This document shows positions 1 through 6,368 of a stretch of 11,253 nt of DNA, in pieces; the first letter of the stretch is position 1; each line of letters opens with the position of its first letter. Origin of the DNA: Promethearchaeota archaeon (GTDB lineage: Archaea; Asgardarchaeota; Lokiarchaeia; Sigyniarchaeales; SOKP01). Under the pieces are notes generated by a model that did not search any database, was not told where the DNA came from, and was given only the letters and a program-made list of their open reading frames with translations. Position numbers and translations under genes: made by a program. The stretch spans positions 1 through 11,253 of the forward strand of contig JBHLPW010000101.1 of NCBI GenBank assembly GCA_048939015.1. Direction: 5' to 3'.

Positions 1-1030
1 CATTAATCGCAGCACAAGCCCATTCGGAACAGACCATTTTTCCCATAGCAACAATCTTACTTGTTTCAAATCTAGTTGCTTTCCCTTCTTGTTCTAAGTC
101 AATAGTTTTAAGTGCTCTATAACCCCAATCTCGTAACATATTTAATTTAGTGTAATGTTCAGCAAGTCTAAAGTTAATTCCTTGATATTGTGATAATGGT
201 TTTCCAAAAGATTTTCTTTCCTGGATATAATTAATTCCGTTTTCTAATGACTTTAACCCAGCAGAAGCACAAATAACGGTAATTAAAGCTCTCGCATATT
301 CGTAACCTTCATGTAAAATATAGAAACCTTTGTTTTCTTCACCGAGTATATAATGTTTAGGAATTTTCACATTATCTATTGAAAATCCTCCACATGATAT
401 ACCCTCTCGTCCTAAATCAGCAACATAAGTAGGTGTGATCCCTTCAACTGTTAAAGGTAGATAAAATACTGTCATACCTCTCGTTCCAAGTTCTGGAGTT
501 TGATGGGCAATTGTAATGTGACCACCACCATATTTAACCGCTTCTCGTACTCCACTTATATACATTTTTTCACCATTAACTACAAATCCATCACCATCAG
601 GTTTTATAGTTGTCTTGGTGCCACCTACATCAGAACCAGCATCGCTTTCGGTTGTGGCTATCCCAAGAAACCATTCACCGGAAACAGTTTTCGGAAATAT
701 CTCTTGCTTTGCTTCTTCAGTCCCATATTTATTCAAAAGAAATCCCCAAGATGCGGGAACTAAATAATAGACACATGTAGAACCTGTGCAATCTGCTCTT
801 GCTAATTCTTCTGCTATTACGCCAGCACTCACAGCATTTAATCCAGGTCCGCCATATTTTTCATCAGCTGTGCATGTCATAAGACCTAATTCTGCCATTC
901 CTTTAACAACGTCTTGAGGAATTTCCTTAGTTTCTTCCATTTGAAGAGCTATTGGTGCTATTTTACTTTGAGCAAATTCACGAACACTTTCCCTTATCAT
1001 GTCTTGTTCTTCTGTAAATTTAAAACTCAT
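1..1030 (-). CDS. Acyl-CoA dehydrogenase (3'-truncated by window edge); possibly cyclohexanecarboxyl-CoA dehydrogenase (AliB)-like
   Basis: Manual translation of the minus strand from ATG at 1030 (alternative in-frame ATG at 1042) is open to base 1: MSFKFTEEQDMIRESVREFAQSKIAP...EKYGGPG...EELARAD...KYGTEEAKQEIFP...GIATTESDAGSD...VNGEKMYISG...DNVKIPKHYILGEENKGF...ERKSFGKPLSQYQGINFRLAE. These are canonical ACAD motifs. The ORF track misses it because the stop lies outside the window. Confidence 0.96.
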   Translation of the reverse strand, partial: MSFKFTEEQDMIRESVREFAQSKIAPIALQMEETKEIPQDVVKGMAELGLMTCTADEKYGGPGLNAVSAGVIAEELARADCTGSTCVYYLVPASWGFLLNKYGTEEAKQEIFPKTVSGEWFLGIATTESDAGSDVGGTKTTIKPDGDGFVVNGEKMYISGVREAVKYGGGHITIAHQTPELGTRGMTVFYLPLTVEGITPTYVADLGREGISCGGFSIDNVKIPKHYILGEENKGFYILHEGYEYARALITVICASAGLKSLENGINYIQERKSFGKPLSQYQGINFRLAEHYTKLNMLRDWGYRALKTIDLEQEGKATRFETSKIVAMGKMVCSEWACAAIN

Positions 1031-1168
1031 AATTCTTACCATATAGATAATTGATATACAGTATTACTTCTAATTACTAAAAATTCTTAAGGTTTATTAT
1101 TCAATTAAAACTTCAAGATATTTAGGGAAAAAAGTGGGAGGATATATCAAAGAGGTGATAATTTTGTA

Positions 1169-1585
1169 CTATTTCTCTACTATGGTAAATCCCGCCTTTT
1201 CCAAAATATTTTCAGCTTCTTCTAATATTGTATCTTCAACTCTCAAAATAAGCATCGATTCATCTTTTACTAAAGTACTATAGAAATAGTCGATGTTTAT
1301 GTCATTATCACCTAAGGTTTTCGGGATCTCATATAATGCCATGGGATGATCATTTAGTCTGACTGCAATCACACTTGTTGTGGATATAAGAAAGTCATGT
1401 TCCTCTAATAAATTAATACATTCTTCTGGTTTATCAACTAATATTAATATCAAACCATATTCACTTGTTTTTGCTACTGTCAAAGCTCGAATAAAGATTT
1501 TATTATCCATAAGAAGTTTTATGAAATTAGCAAGTTCACCAGGTTTATCTTCTAAAAACACCGAGAGTTGAATCATTTTTATCAA
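1169..1585 (-). CDS. Tandem ACT-domain protein (COG4747 / Bt0572-like)
   Basis: QLSVFLEDKPGEL...IFIRALTVAKTSEYGLILILVDKPE and a second ACT unit VIAVRLNDHPMALYEIPKTLGDNDINIDYFYS match the two-ACT family pattern. Start is TTG at 1585 or ATG at 1576. Confidence 0.9.
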   Translation of the reverse strand: MIKMIQLSVFLEDKPGELANFIKLLMDNKIFIRALTVAKTSEYGLILILVDKPEECINLLEEHDFLISTTSVIAVRLNDHPMALYEIPKTLGDNDINIDYFYSTLVKDESMLILRVEDTILEEAENILEKAGFTIVEK

Positions 1586-1769
1586 ATTTATATTAGATGA
1601 ATATATTGATGTTAAAGTTTAATACAACATTTTTTTTAAATGTAGTAAAAACTCTATATTTATTCAAAAAGATACTTTAGAATTCGAATTTAAGATTCTT
1701 ACATAAATGTAGATTGAGTTAGAAATCAGTTAAATTTAAATCCTAATCTATGATTCAATAAGCTCACTC

Positions 1770-1793
1770 ATAAAATTTTTGAAAAAATTTTAT
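1770..1793. repeat. Perfect 11-bp inverted repeat ATAAAATTTTT-GA-AAAAATTTTAT just upstream of the 7TM gene; possible operator
   Basis: Read directly from sequence. Arms are A/T only, so chance occurrence in this AT-rich intergenic region is plausible. Confidence 0.35.
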
Positions 1794-1808
1794 TATACGT
1801 GATTTTAA

Positions 1809-2525
1809 ATGGCACTTGGAGTAATAGGTTTTCTTGATGGTATAACAGCTTTAATAGTGGTTTTAACAGGAAGTTCTTTCGGTTTATTCAGCCTTTATAA
1901 ATCGATTAAATTAAAAGCAAAACTTCTCGGTATATCAGGATTATGTATGTTCTGTATTGGCTTTTTGTTGTTAGGACCATCCGTTGATTTTCTCACTATT
2001 CTCTCTACCGGAAATAATATAGAACAATTGGAGTTGTATGGATTTCTGAGTTATATTTGGGCTGCTCCTTTAACTATTCTTGGACTTTATATTGGTGGTG
2101 AATTAATGTTACCATCAAAAAAGTGGATAATTGTTTCTATTTACCTCGTCTTGGCTGTAATTTACGAAGTCCTCATAATATATTTTACATTAACAAATCC
2201 ACAAGCTGTTTTTGATTTTCCAAGTCCACTTCCAAATGGAACGGCTTTACTAAATACAGGTATTCAATTAAGAAGTATTGTATTCATATTAATGGTCTTC
2301 TTTCTGGTTTCAGGTCTAGTTTTTAATGGATTTGGATTTTTGAACAAAAGTATAAAAGCATCAGGGGATTTACGGAAACGATTCTTATATCTTTCATTAG
2401 GCTGGATTATTTTTATTATTTGTGGAACATTTGATGGTCTTTTTGATCCCGGAATTATTACGGTTTTTGTGAGAATAGCGTGGGCCGTAAGCATAGTTTT
2501 CATGCAATTAGGTATTCGTTTATAA
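1809..2525 (+). CDS. Seven-transmembrane hypothetical membrane protein (HisKA_7TM-like sensor topology, no cytoplasmic output domain)
   Basis: 238 aa with about 7 hydrophobic segments by eye, short basic cytoplasmic loops (KSIKLKAK, KKW, KSIKASGDLRKR) and a longer Pro-rich loop between TM4 and TM5. The family assignment is inference. Confidence 0.8.
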   Translation: MALGVIGFLDGITALIVVLTGSSFGLFSLYKSIKLKAKLLGISGLCMFCIGFLLLGPSVDFLTILSTGNNIEQLELYGFLSYIWAAPLTILGLYIGGELMLPSKKWIIVSIYLVLAVIYEVLIIYFTLTNPQAVFDFPSPLPNGTALLNTGIQLRSIVFILMVFFLVSGLVFNGFGFLNKSIKASGDLRKRFLYLSLGWIIFIICGTFDGLFDPGIITVFVRIAWAVSIVFMQLGIRL

Positions 2526-2529
2526 TCAA

Positions 2530-2548
2530 TTTTTTTTATTTTTTTTTT
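2530..2548 (+). terminator. Archaeal-type oligo-T terminator
   Basis: T8-A-T10 starting 5 nt after the TAA of the 7TM gene, with no GC hairpin. Confidence 0.65.
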
Positions 2549-2571
2549 GTTTAATCGAAAATTTTATCTCG

Positions 2572-2590
2572 CACCAAAATTTTATAAATA
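2572..2590 (+). promoter_or_regulatory. Putative BRE/TATA promoter of the methyltransferase gene
   Basis: CACCAAAAT followed by TTTATAAATA (2581-2590), about 45-50 nt upstream of ATG 2633 and just after a terminator. The AT-rich background lowers specificity. Confidence 0.35.
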
Positions 2591-2632
2591 AAATTTACTG
2601 ATTTAAGCTATGTAGAAGATTAAAATAATTAG

Positions 2633-3400
2633 ATGTATCACATGACTAAGTACTTTTATGATACGCATAAAAACTTTTCTTTGAGAACATTATCGGAATA
2701 TTATATCTCTCCAGGTATCAAATGTAAGTTTGATTTATTGAAGAAAAATGTTATCAAAAGAAGAATTTATTCATATGGTATCGATCTCGGTTCATCTGGA
2801 AATTCTATTCTTTCTTTTTTAGACAATATTAAACATAAATTTTTCTTCGATATAGCATATGTTCCACTACAACAATATATAAAAGAAGATAAATGGCATC
2901 CTTTATGTGGTGATCTGATCAGCTTACCTTATAGAGATGGAATATTTGATTTTGTTAGTGCTCTTGATGTTTTAGAGCATATCAATGATGATGAGCTTGC
3001 AATTTCAGAAATAAGCAGGATTTTAAAGAAAAATGGAATTGCAGTAATTACAGTTCCTCACAGAATGAAATATTATACGACTCAAGATAAAATAATAGGA
3101 CACTATAGACGGTATGAAATTAATCGAATATTATCTCTTTTTAAAAAATTCAATCTTAAAAATGCAAAAATTTTTGGAGTTTATGGCATATTAATGATTA
3201 TTTCTGACATTCAATCAATAAATCCTAAGAAATTAGAAGACAATTTAATAAAATTAAGGAAAAAATATGAATCAAGTGTTGGTTTTCGAACCTTTTGGAA
3301 TGTTATTGTTAGAGTTCTCTCGATGTTGATGAAATTAGATGCTAAATATCAACCTAATAAAAGAATTAGAAACATTGGGTTAATTTTTACAAAGAAATGA
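2633..3400 (+). CDS. Class I SAM-dependent methyltransferase (Methyltransf_11-like)
   Basis: Degenerate motif I GIDLGSSGN, acidic end of beta-2 (FFFDI), CGDLISLPYRDGIFDFVSALDVLEHI, EISRILKKNGIAVITVP and GHYRRY. Alternative start ATG at 2642. Confidence 0.88.
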   Translation: MYHMTKYFYDTHKNFSLRTLSEYYISPGIKCKFDLLKKNVIKRRIYSYGIDLGSSGNSILSFLDNIKHKFFFDIAYVPLQQYIKEDKWHPLCGDLISLPYRDGIFDFVSALDVLEHINDDELAISEISRILKKNGIAVITVPHRMKYYTTQDKIIGHYRRYEINRILSLFKKFNLKNAKIFGVYGILMIISDIQSINPKKLEDNLIKLRKKYESSVGFRTFWNVIVRVLSMLMKLDAKYQPNKRIRNIGLIFTKK

Positions 3401-3417
3401 GTATATTGTATAGAAAC

Positions 3418-3825
3418 TCAAGAAGCCTGCTTTTTCAGTTTTTCGAATAATTTCTTGTATTCTTCAATATATTTTTCATCATTAGTTTCCTCAATTTTCT
3501 TTAAGAGTTCTAATGATTTTGTTAATATTTCAGATTGCCTTTTAATTTTTTCATAAAATGTATTCTTTATATCTTGTGTAGGAGCTGTTTCTATTTTGTT
3601 TTTAATTTCTTTTATAGAGATTTCGATTTCCTTTTGAGATTCGATCACAGATGAAGTTAATAATTTTTTTCTTTCTTCTAATTTAATACAATTTTCACAA
3701 ACAATTTCTTCATTATTTTGTTTTTTCCTTAATTTTTCTCCTTTTGGTATCATAAAAGGATTTTTACAACGATCACATGCAATGAGTTCAAGATCTGTTA
3801 ATTTATTGCTGTTAGAATCAGGCAT
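3418..3825 (-). CDS. Zinc-ribbon (CxxC...CxxC) plus coiled-coil hypothetical protein
   Basis: CDRCKNPFMIPKGE...VCENC followed by about 85 aa of Glu/Lys-rich amphipathic helix. It converges on the methyltransferase gene with a 17-nt gap. Confidence 0.8.
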   Translation of the reverse strand: MPDSNSNKLTDLELIACDRCKNPFMIPKGEKLRKKQNNEEIVCENCIKLEERKKLLTSSVIESQKEIEISIKEIKNKIETAPTQDIKNTFYEKIKRQSEILTKSLELLKKIEETNDEKYIEEYKKLFEKLKKQAS

Positions 3826-3922
3826 GCTTAGAAGAGTATTAAATCTTATTTTAAAAAAACTTAACTATTATTATAATCATAAATTTCCAATATATTATTA
3901 TTCTTGATGGTCCTTACATTTT

Positions 3923-3950
3923 AGAAAACTATTTTTTAAGAAAACTATTT
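3923..3950. repeat. 12-bp direct repeat AGAAAACTATTT x2 (16-bp period)
   Basis: Exact copies at 3923-3934 and 3939-3950, ending 8 nt before the ATG of the TauE gene, in a divergent intergenic region. Confidence 0.6.
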
Positions 3951-3958
3951 CACATTAT

Positions 3959-4753
3959 ATGGATATAATCCTTATTATCGTTTTACTCATTTTAGGATTT
4001 TTTTTTGGTATACTCAGTTCTCTTGCCGGAATTGGGGGTGGAGTTTTTTTTGTTAGCACAATGGTCCTGCTTTTTTTAATACCTATTAATGTAGCTGTAG
4101 ATACTTCTACGTTTATAATACTAATTTCTTCGGGAGCAGGGTTTTTTACATATTTCAGAGAAGAAAAATTGCATGTTAAACAGGTTGTTATATTTTCTAC
4201 TTTTTCAATTTTAGGAAGTCTTGCAAGTACTGTACTATTTACATTTATTGAAATTGATAGTACTTTACTAAAAATGTTATTTGCTACTATAATTTTAATA
4301 GCAGGAGTAAATATGATATATAAGGCCATAAAATCTAGAAAATTCAATTCTACTCAAGAGGAAATTGAAAATAATTTTAGTCTCCATACTCACGATTATC
4401 TAACTAATTTAAAAAAGTCGATACCTTTATTTCTTTTAGCAGGATTTACGGCTAACTTATTAGGGATTGGAGGTGGAATTATTAATACACCCTCACTTCA
4501 TATGGTACTACATTATCCAATTCATAATGCTACAGCAATATCTACCGGTATTATATTCATTACAGCAATATATAATACTATTGTTAAGAGTATTATAGGT
4601 CAAATTGATTATTTAATTGGATTAATAATCGGAATAGGCGCTATATTAGGTTCTATTTTTGGTGCAAAACTCTCTGGGAAAATTCCTAAAAGCTATCTAC
4701 AATTTATTGTTGCTGCGGTGTTGATGGGATTAGCAATAAGGATGTACTTTTAG
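3959..4753 (+). CDS. Sulfite exporter TauE/SafE family (TSUP) membrane protein
   Basis: Two internal repeats, each with the family GIGGG signature (LAGIGGGVFFV and LLGIGGGIINTP) followed by A-x-x-[TI]-S, about 8 TM helices, C-terminal GAILGSIFGAKLS, 264 aa. Confidence 0.93.
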   Translation: MDIILIIVLLILGFFFGILSSLAGIGGGVFFVSTMVLLFLIPINVAVDTSTFIILISSGAGFFTYFREEKLHVKQVVIFSTFSILGSLASTVLFTFIEIDSTLLKMLFATIILIAGVNMIYKAIKSRKFNSTQEEIENNFSLHTHDYLTNLKKSIPLFLLAGFTANLLGIGGGIINTPSLHMVLHYPIHNATAISTGIIFITAIYNTIVKSIIGQIDYLIGLIIGIGAILGSIFGAKLSGKIPKSYLQFIVAAVLMGLAIRMYF

Positions 4754-4844
4754 GAGATCAATATAAAAACTTTATAAATTTTAAAATCAAAACTTTAATT
4801 GAATGTCTTTAAATATAACTTCTTTAAACTAAATTAAAACATAT

Positions 4845-4858
4845 AAAAGGAGAAAGGA
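4845..4858 (+). promoter_or_regulatory. Purine-rich ribosome-binding site of the 76-aa ORF
   Basis: AAAAGGAGAAAGGA directly before ATG 4859. TATA-like TTTAAATA at 4808-4815 and TTTATAAA at 4771-4778 lie upstream. Confidence 0.55.
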
Positions 4859-5089
4859 ATGGTAAGAGTTAAAGACCTTGAGAAACTTATGGATGATTTC
4901 ATGTTTGAACAAGATGATAAATTTATTGATATAAAGCGTTATCTTCTGAGTGAATTTGAATGGAAAATCGATCCTCTAAAGAAATCTCAATTTGTAATTA
5001 GAGGGATACCAATCGAAGATAATAGAAAAATGGGTGATATTTTGAAATCATTTTTACCAGATGAAGTTATAACTCTTAAAGAAATTTAA
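4859..5089 (+). CDS. Small ubiquitin-like (beta-grasp) protein lacking C-terminal diglycine
   Basis: 76 aa with an SD-like site. By-eye alignment to ubiquitin: VKDL~VKTL, EQDDKFIDIK~EPSDTIENVK, IDP~IPP, FVIRGIPIEDNRKMGD~LIFAGKQLEDGRTLSD, EVITL~STLHL. The CDS is confident; the fold call is inference. Confidence 0.65.
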   Translation: MVRVKDLEKLMDDFMFEQDDKFIDIKRYLLSEFEWKIDPLKKSQFVIRGIPIEDNRKMGDILKSFLPDEVITLKEI

Positions 5090-5094
5090 CTCTG

Positions 5095-6198
5095 GTGGGA
5101 TTAATTAAAACTGAAAATAATAACAATACTGAAATTTCTATTGGCAATCAAATTAAAAAATTTGCTATAAATGGTTTATATGGATTTAATACAATTTTAT
5201 TAATTGGTATGGGTAGGCGTTTAGGTATTTTCAATTACCTATATGAGAAAGCAAAAACATCAATTAGTTCAAATAATTTTACGGAAGTGATTTTTACCCC
5301 ATTAGATCTATCTGAAAACCTAAAACTGGATTCAAAGTATTTAGATGGCTGGATTCATTTAGCACTTGAATGTGATATTTTAGAAATAGCCGATTCAGAA
5401 AAGAAACTTTTGAAAACAGCTCCTTATATATATGAACTACTTATTGACCGAGAGAGTAAGTCTTATATAGGAGGGACTCTTGGAGCATTCTATTACATGG
5501 CTCCCGCTCAGGATATACTAATAGAGAATTTTAAAACAGGAAAGGATTGGAGTATTTTGGAGTCATCTGAAGAAGTTTTGAAAGATCTACAAGAACGGGG
5601 AGCTAGATTTGGTAAATTGGTAGAAAGATTATTTTTCAAAAAGTTTGAAAATTTTTGTAATAATCTACAAAAGCAAGGTAAAATACTTGAACTTGGATGT
5701 GGTTATGGATTCAATCTCGAAACCTGGGCAAAGAAGTATAAAAATGTAAGTTTTACAGGAATTGATATTGACCCAATTGCATTATCACATGCTAAGAAAA
5801 TAATAGATAAACATAAATGGAATGATCGATTTGAGATTTTAAAAATAGAAATTGATGAATTTGCTCGTTCTTGCGATAAGAAATTTGATTTAATAATATT
5901 AAATCAAGTACTTCATGAAATGAACACTGATGAAAATTATCGAAGAAGTGTATTTGAAAAACTTTATTCCTTGTTAAAAAATGATGGAATTTTACTTATT
6001 GGAGAGAGTATGGTTCCTGATACATTTGCTCCAAAAAAAGGATTTCAACTTTTTGATATTACACATAAATTTACAGAAGTAAAAACATCACTATTTTATG
6101 ATGAAAAAACCTTTCGAGAGTTTATCGCCTCAACACCCTTTACAAGATCGGAATTTATCAAAGAGGGTGGGAGTAGTATATGGGTAATTCGAAAGTGA
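5095..6198 (+). CDS. Class I SAM-dependent methyltransferase with N-terminal winged-helix domain (Rv2258c-like architecture)
   Basis: N-terminal IGMGRRLGIFNYL...TPLDLSENLKLDSKYLDGW (wHTH-like), motif I ILELGCGYG, FTGIDID, FDLIILNQVLHE and LLKNDGILLIGE. GTG start 5 nt after the stop of the 76-aa ORF; the exact start is uncertain. Confidence 0.9.
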   Translation: MGLIKTENNNNTEISIGNQIKKFAINGLYGFNTILLIGMGRRLGIFNYLYEKAKTSISSNNFTEVIFTPLDLSENLKLDSKYLDGWIHLALECDILEIADSEKKLLKTAPYIYELLIDRESKSYIGGTLGAFYYMAPAQDILIENFKTGKDWSILESSEEVLKDLQERGARFGKLVERLFFKKFENFCNNLQKQGKILELGCGYGFNLETWAKKYKNVSFTGIDIDPIALSHAKKIIDKHKWNDRFEILKIEIDEFARSCDKKFDLIILNQVLHEMNTDENYRRSVFEKLYSLLKNDGILLIGESMVPDTFAPKKGFQLFDITHKFTEVKTSLFYDEKTFREFIASTPFTRSEFIKEGGSSIWVIRK

Positions 6199-6230
6199 AA
6201 GTTTAACTCAGAAATCTCATCAGTTTAACC

Positions 6231-6246
6231 TTTATTTGCTTTTTGT
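6231..6246 (+). terminator. Possible T-rich terminator after the Ubl-methyltransferase pair
   Basis: TTTATTTGCTTTTTGT about 33 nt downstream of TGA 6198; weak signal. Confidence 0.3.
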
Positions 6247-6368
6247 GCCCTTATAAATAAATTTATTAAGAATAAAATGAAAAGTTTGATTAATAAAAAA
6301 ATAAATTAAATTAGGGCAAATTAAATAGATCCCTTCTAAGTGAATAAATTCATCTCTAGAGTTCTCAT

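Noticed and set aside
500-763. 87-aa plus-strand ORF
   Set aside because: It lies antisense within the clear acyl-CoA dehydrogenase gene and has no recognisable motifs.
1136-1160. SD-like GGGAGG and GAGGTGA on the plus strand
   Set aside because: They are followed only by a short ORF antisense to the ACT gene. The stretch is better explained as the pyrimidine/T-rich 3' region of the minus-strand ACT gene.
1380-1571. 63-aa plus-strand ORF
   Set aside because: Antisense shadow of the ACT-domain gene.
2264-2503. 79-aa minus-strand ORF
   Set aside because: Antisense shadow of the 7TM gene.
1809-2525. Possible microbial rhodopsin (7 TM helices)
   Set aside because: There is no retinal-binding Lys in helix 7 (IITVFVRIAWAVSIVF) and no RY-x-x-W motif in helix 3.
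3955-4347. 130-aa minus-strand ORF
   Set aside because: Antisense shadow of the TauE/SafE gene, which has strong family motifs.
4859-5089. Sulfur-carrier (ThiS/MoaD/SAMP) or conjugatable ubiquitin linked to the adjacent TauE gene
   Set aside because: The protein ends in LKEI with no Gly-Gly anywhere, so it cannot be adenylated, thiocarboxylated or conjugated by the canonical route.
6244-6320. TGCCCT...AGGGCA inverted pair flanking AT-rich DNA, suggestive of a MITE
   Set aside because: Only about 6 bp match perfectly, with no target-site duplication and no second copy in the window.
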